Part shown: positions 35,512 through 37,372 of the stretch, one piece after another
Position numbering within the stretch: the stretch's first letter is position 1
How the letters are laid out: each line of letters starts with the position of its first letter
Sequence record: SRR22947725_3405
Reading direction: 5' to 3' (one strand)
Length of the DNA stretch: 37,372 bases
Program-made: the position numbers and the translations under genes
The notes under the pieces: model-generated
Seen by the model: the letters and a program-made list of their open reading frames with translations, nothing else
Told to the model about the DNA's origin: nothing
Database searches by the model: none

Positions 35512-37372
35512 TCAGGACTCTGACCTGGCCAACTCTTTTTGGGTTCCGAGGTCGACAATCCGAAACTCTTCGTAATGGTAAGATGGATCAGGTCGGAAGG
35601 ACAATTTGCCGAAATACTGTTTTTCCATCTGGATCACCAATTGCTCATCCTTGGTACGCAAGCGATGGAACACTTTGGGGTTCACCACGATCATTAGCTG
35701 GTAATCAGACTCATCCCGTTGCCGTTTTTTGAGGATTTCACCTAATTTACGCTGAATTTCAACACTCATCGTCACCACACTTTTCACCTTCCCCTTGCCG
35801 CTGCAGTATGGGCAATCGTCGTTGACTGATGCGCGCACACTTTCGGTCTGTCTTTGACGGGTCATTTCTAGTAGGCCTAGCTGAGAAATCGGCAGAACAT
35901 GCGTTTTCGCCTTGTCACGTCGAAGACCTTCTTTGACCTTTTGATAAACGCTTTGTTGATCGCGCCTTGATTTCATATCGATGAAATCAAGAATGATCAA
36001 TCCACCAATGTTCCTCAACCGCATCTGACGTGTGATTTCAGCTGCAGCCTCCAAGTTAACCTTGAGAATCGTCGAATCTTTTTCTTTTTGACTACTCTTG
36101 TGGCGTCCTGTGTTCACATCAACAGCAACCAATGCCTCGGTTTCATCAATCACAATATATCCACCACTCTTGAGATGAACTTGCCTGGTGGTAGTGCTTT
36201 GCAATTGCCGGGTTATACCGAACCGATCGAATATGGGCTGTGTATCCTGATAGAGTTTAACCTTGTTGGTTGATCTTTTGGAAATACGGCTGATCGTGTC
36301 CTGGATATGTTTATTCTCCTTTTTGGAGTCCACCACAATACGTTCCACGTCTTCAGTGAGGAAATCACGAACCGTACGCTCGATTAAATCAGGCTCCTGA
36401 AATACGCAATAGGGTGGTTTTTTATTGTTGATCAGACTTTGAATACGTTTCCACTCTTCGACCAGGAATGCCAGGTCTCGCACAAAGTAGCGAGCCTTCT
36501 GGGCCTGACCAGCGGTGCGGATAATAACCCCCATCCCTTCGGGGATGGTTAGATTTCGAACGATTTGTTTGAGGCGTTGTCGCTCCTGCGTATTGTCGAT
36601 CTTGCGGGATATTCCACATTGGTCTGAGTTAGGCAAAAGGACGAGGAAACGACCCGGAATCGCCAAGTTGGTTGTGATGCGAGGTCCTTTGGTTCCGATG
36701 GGACCTTTGGTTACCTGCACGATGATCTCGGTCCCGATAGGATAAACTTTTGGGATATCCTTCTGGGTAACTTTGGGGCGCTGCTTCCTGCCCTTGCCTT
36801 TTTTCCTTTCCACAATTTCGATGTTGCTATCGAAATTGTTGGGCACAATGTCCCAATAATGAAGAAAGGCATTCTTTTCAAAACCGATGTCCACAAATGC
36901 GGCCTTCAATCCATCCTCGAGGTTTTTGACAACTCCCTTGTAGATACTGCCAACCAATCGATGATCGTTGTTTCGTTCGATGGTAAACTCCTCAAGCACA
37001 CCATCCTCAATTACTGCCACTCTGGATTCGAGAGGTTCGACATTGATGATCAGCTCTTTGTGCTGACGGTTGAGAGGAATGAAAGCACGCTTCACTCTTG
37101 AAATGACTTTATCCGCTGCAGCCTTGATGGTGCCAACAATTCCCTTGGCTGGTTGCTCAGGAATTTCAACTGGTTCATAAGGCTTATCTTTATCATTTTT
37201 GTTCCCTCGTCGATCACGCGGCCCTCGCCGGTTGCCTTCACGTCGTCCCGATGTCCTGGATTTACCCTTCTCTTTGGATTCTCCTGGTTTCTCGTCTTTT
37301 TCAGCTTGCTCGGCTTTCTCAGCTTGCTTGGCTTTTTCAGCCTCAATCTTTGCTTTCAAGGCTTCATCAGTT
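35512..37372 (-). CDS. Ribonuclease E/G family protein, 5' end outside the window
   Basis: GSIYKGVV..AAFVDIG, VQVTKGPIGTKGPR, DVNTG, RLRNIGGLIILDFIDM and Zn-link CPYC. The frame is open to the window edge. Confidence 0.95.
   Translation of the reverse strand, partial: TDEALKAKIEAEKAKQAEKAEQAEKDEKPGESKEKGKSRTSGRREGNRRGPRDRRGNKNDKDKPYEPVEIPEQPAKGIVGTIKAAADKVISRVKRAFIPLNRQHKELIINVEPLESRVAVIEDGVLEEFTIERNNDHRLVGSIYKGVVKNLEDGLKAAFVDIGFEKNAFLHYWDIVPNNFDSNIEIVERKKGKGRKQRPKVTQKDIPKVYPIGTEIIVQVTKGPIGTKGPRITTNLAIPGRFLVLLPNSDQCGISRKIDNTQERQRLKQIVRNLTIPEGMGVIIRTAGQAQKARYFVRDLAFLVEEWKRIQSLINNKKPPYCVFQEPDLIERTVRDFLTEDVERIVVDSKKENKHIQDTISRISKRSTNKVKLYQDTQPIFDRFGITRQLQSTTTRQVHLKSGGYIVIDETEALVAVDVNTGRHKSSQKEKDSTILKVNLEAAAEITRQMRLRNIGGLIILDFIDMKSRRDQQSVYQKVKEGLRRDKAKTHVLPISQLGLLEMTRQRQTESVRASVNDDCPYCSGKGKVKSVVTMSVEIQRKLGEILKKRQRDESDYQLMIVVNPKVFHRLRTKDEQLVIQMEKQYFGKLSFRPDPSYHYEEFRIVDLGTQKELARSES

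Overview
Bacterial chromosomal segment with no tRNA, rRNA, CRISPR array or mobile element that I can support. The gene set suggests Verrucomicrobiota/PVC; this is inferred from the Verru_Chthon-like minor-pilin cassette, the pilB-pilT-pilB-pilC order and a C-terminal W..Y..W..FYR domain. The core is a ~26.6 kb minus-strand run: two PilB/GspE ATPases flanking pilT, pilC, a degenerate BrnT/BrnA-like pair, two GspG-like pilins, and a FimT/PilV/PilW/giant PilX(GspK)-like cassette. Where pilY1 normally sits, there is a 3006-aa KP-43-type subtilase with P-domains, PPC-like repeats, an Arg-rich nested domain and seven Cys-paired C-terminal repeats. A CII-like regulator and rpoN follow. Two related sigma-54 -24/-12 motifs occur, one before the protease and one inverted just upstream of the rpoN promoter. 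Housekeeping genes flank the cluster: def, proC, an AI-2E permease, a HAD phosphatase, prfA, rpmE2, fmt and a partial RNase E/G. A structured, terminator-ended ncRNA candidate lies upstream of def. The best candidate for an undescribed system is the retractile type IV filament locus coupled to the giant protease. All calls come from motif recognition by eye; no database searches were run.
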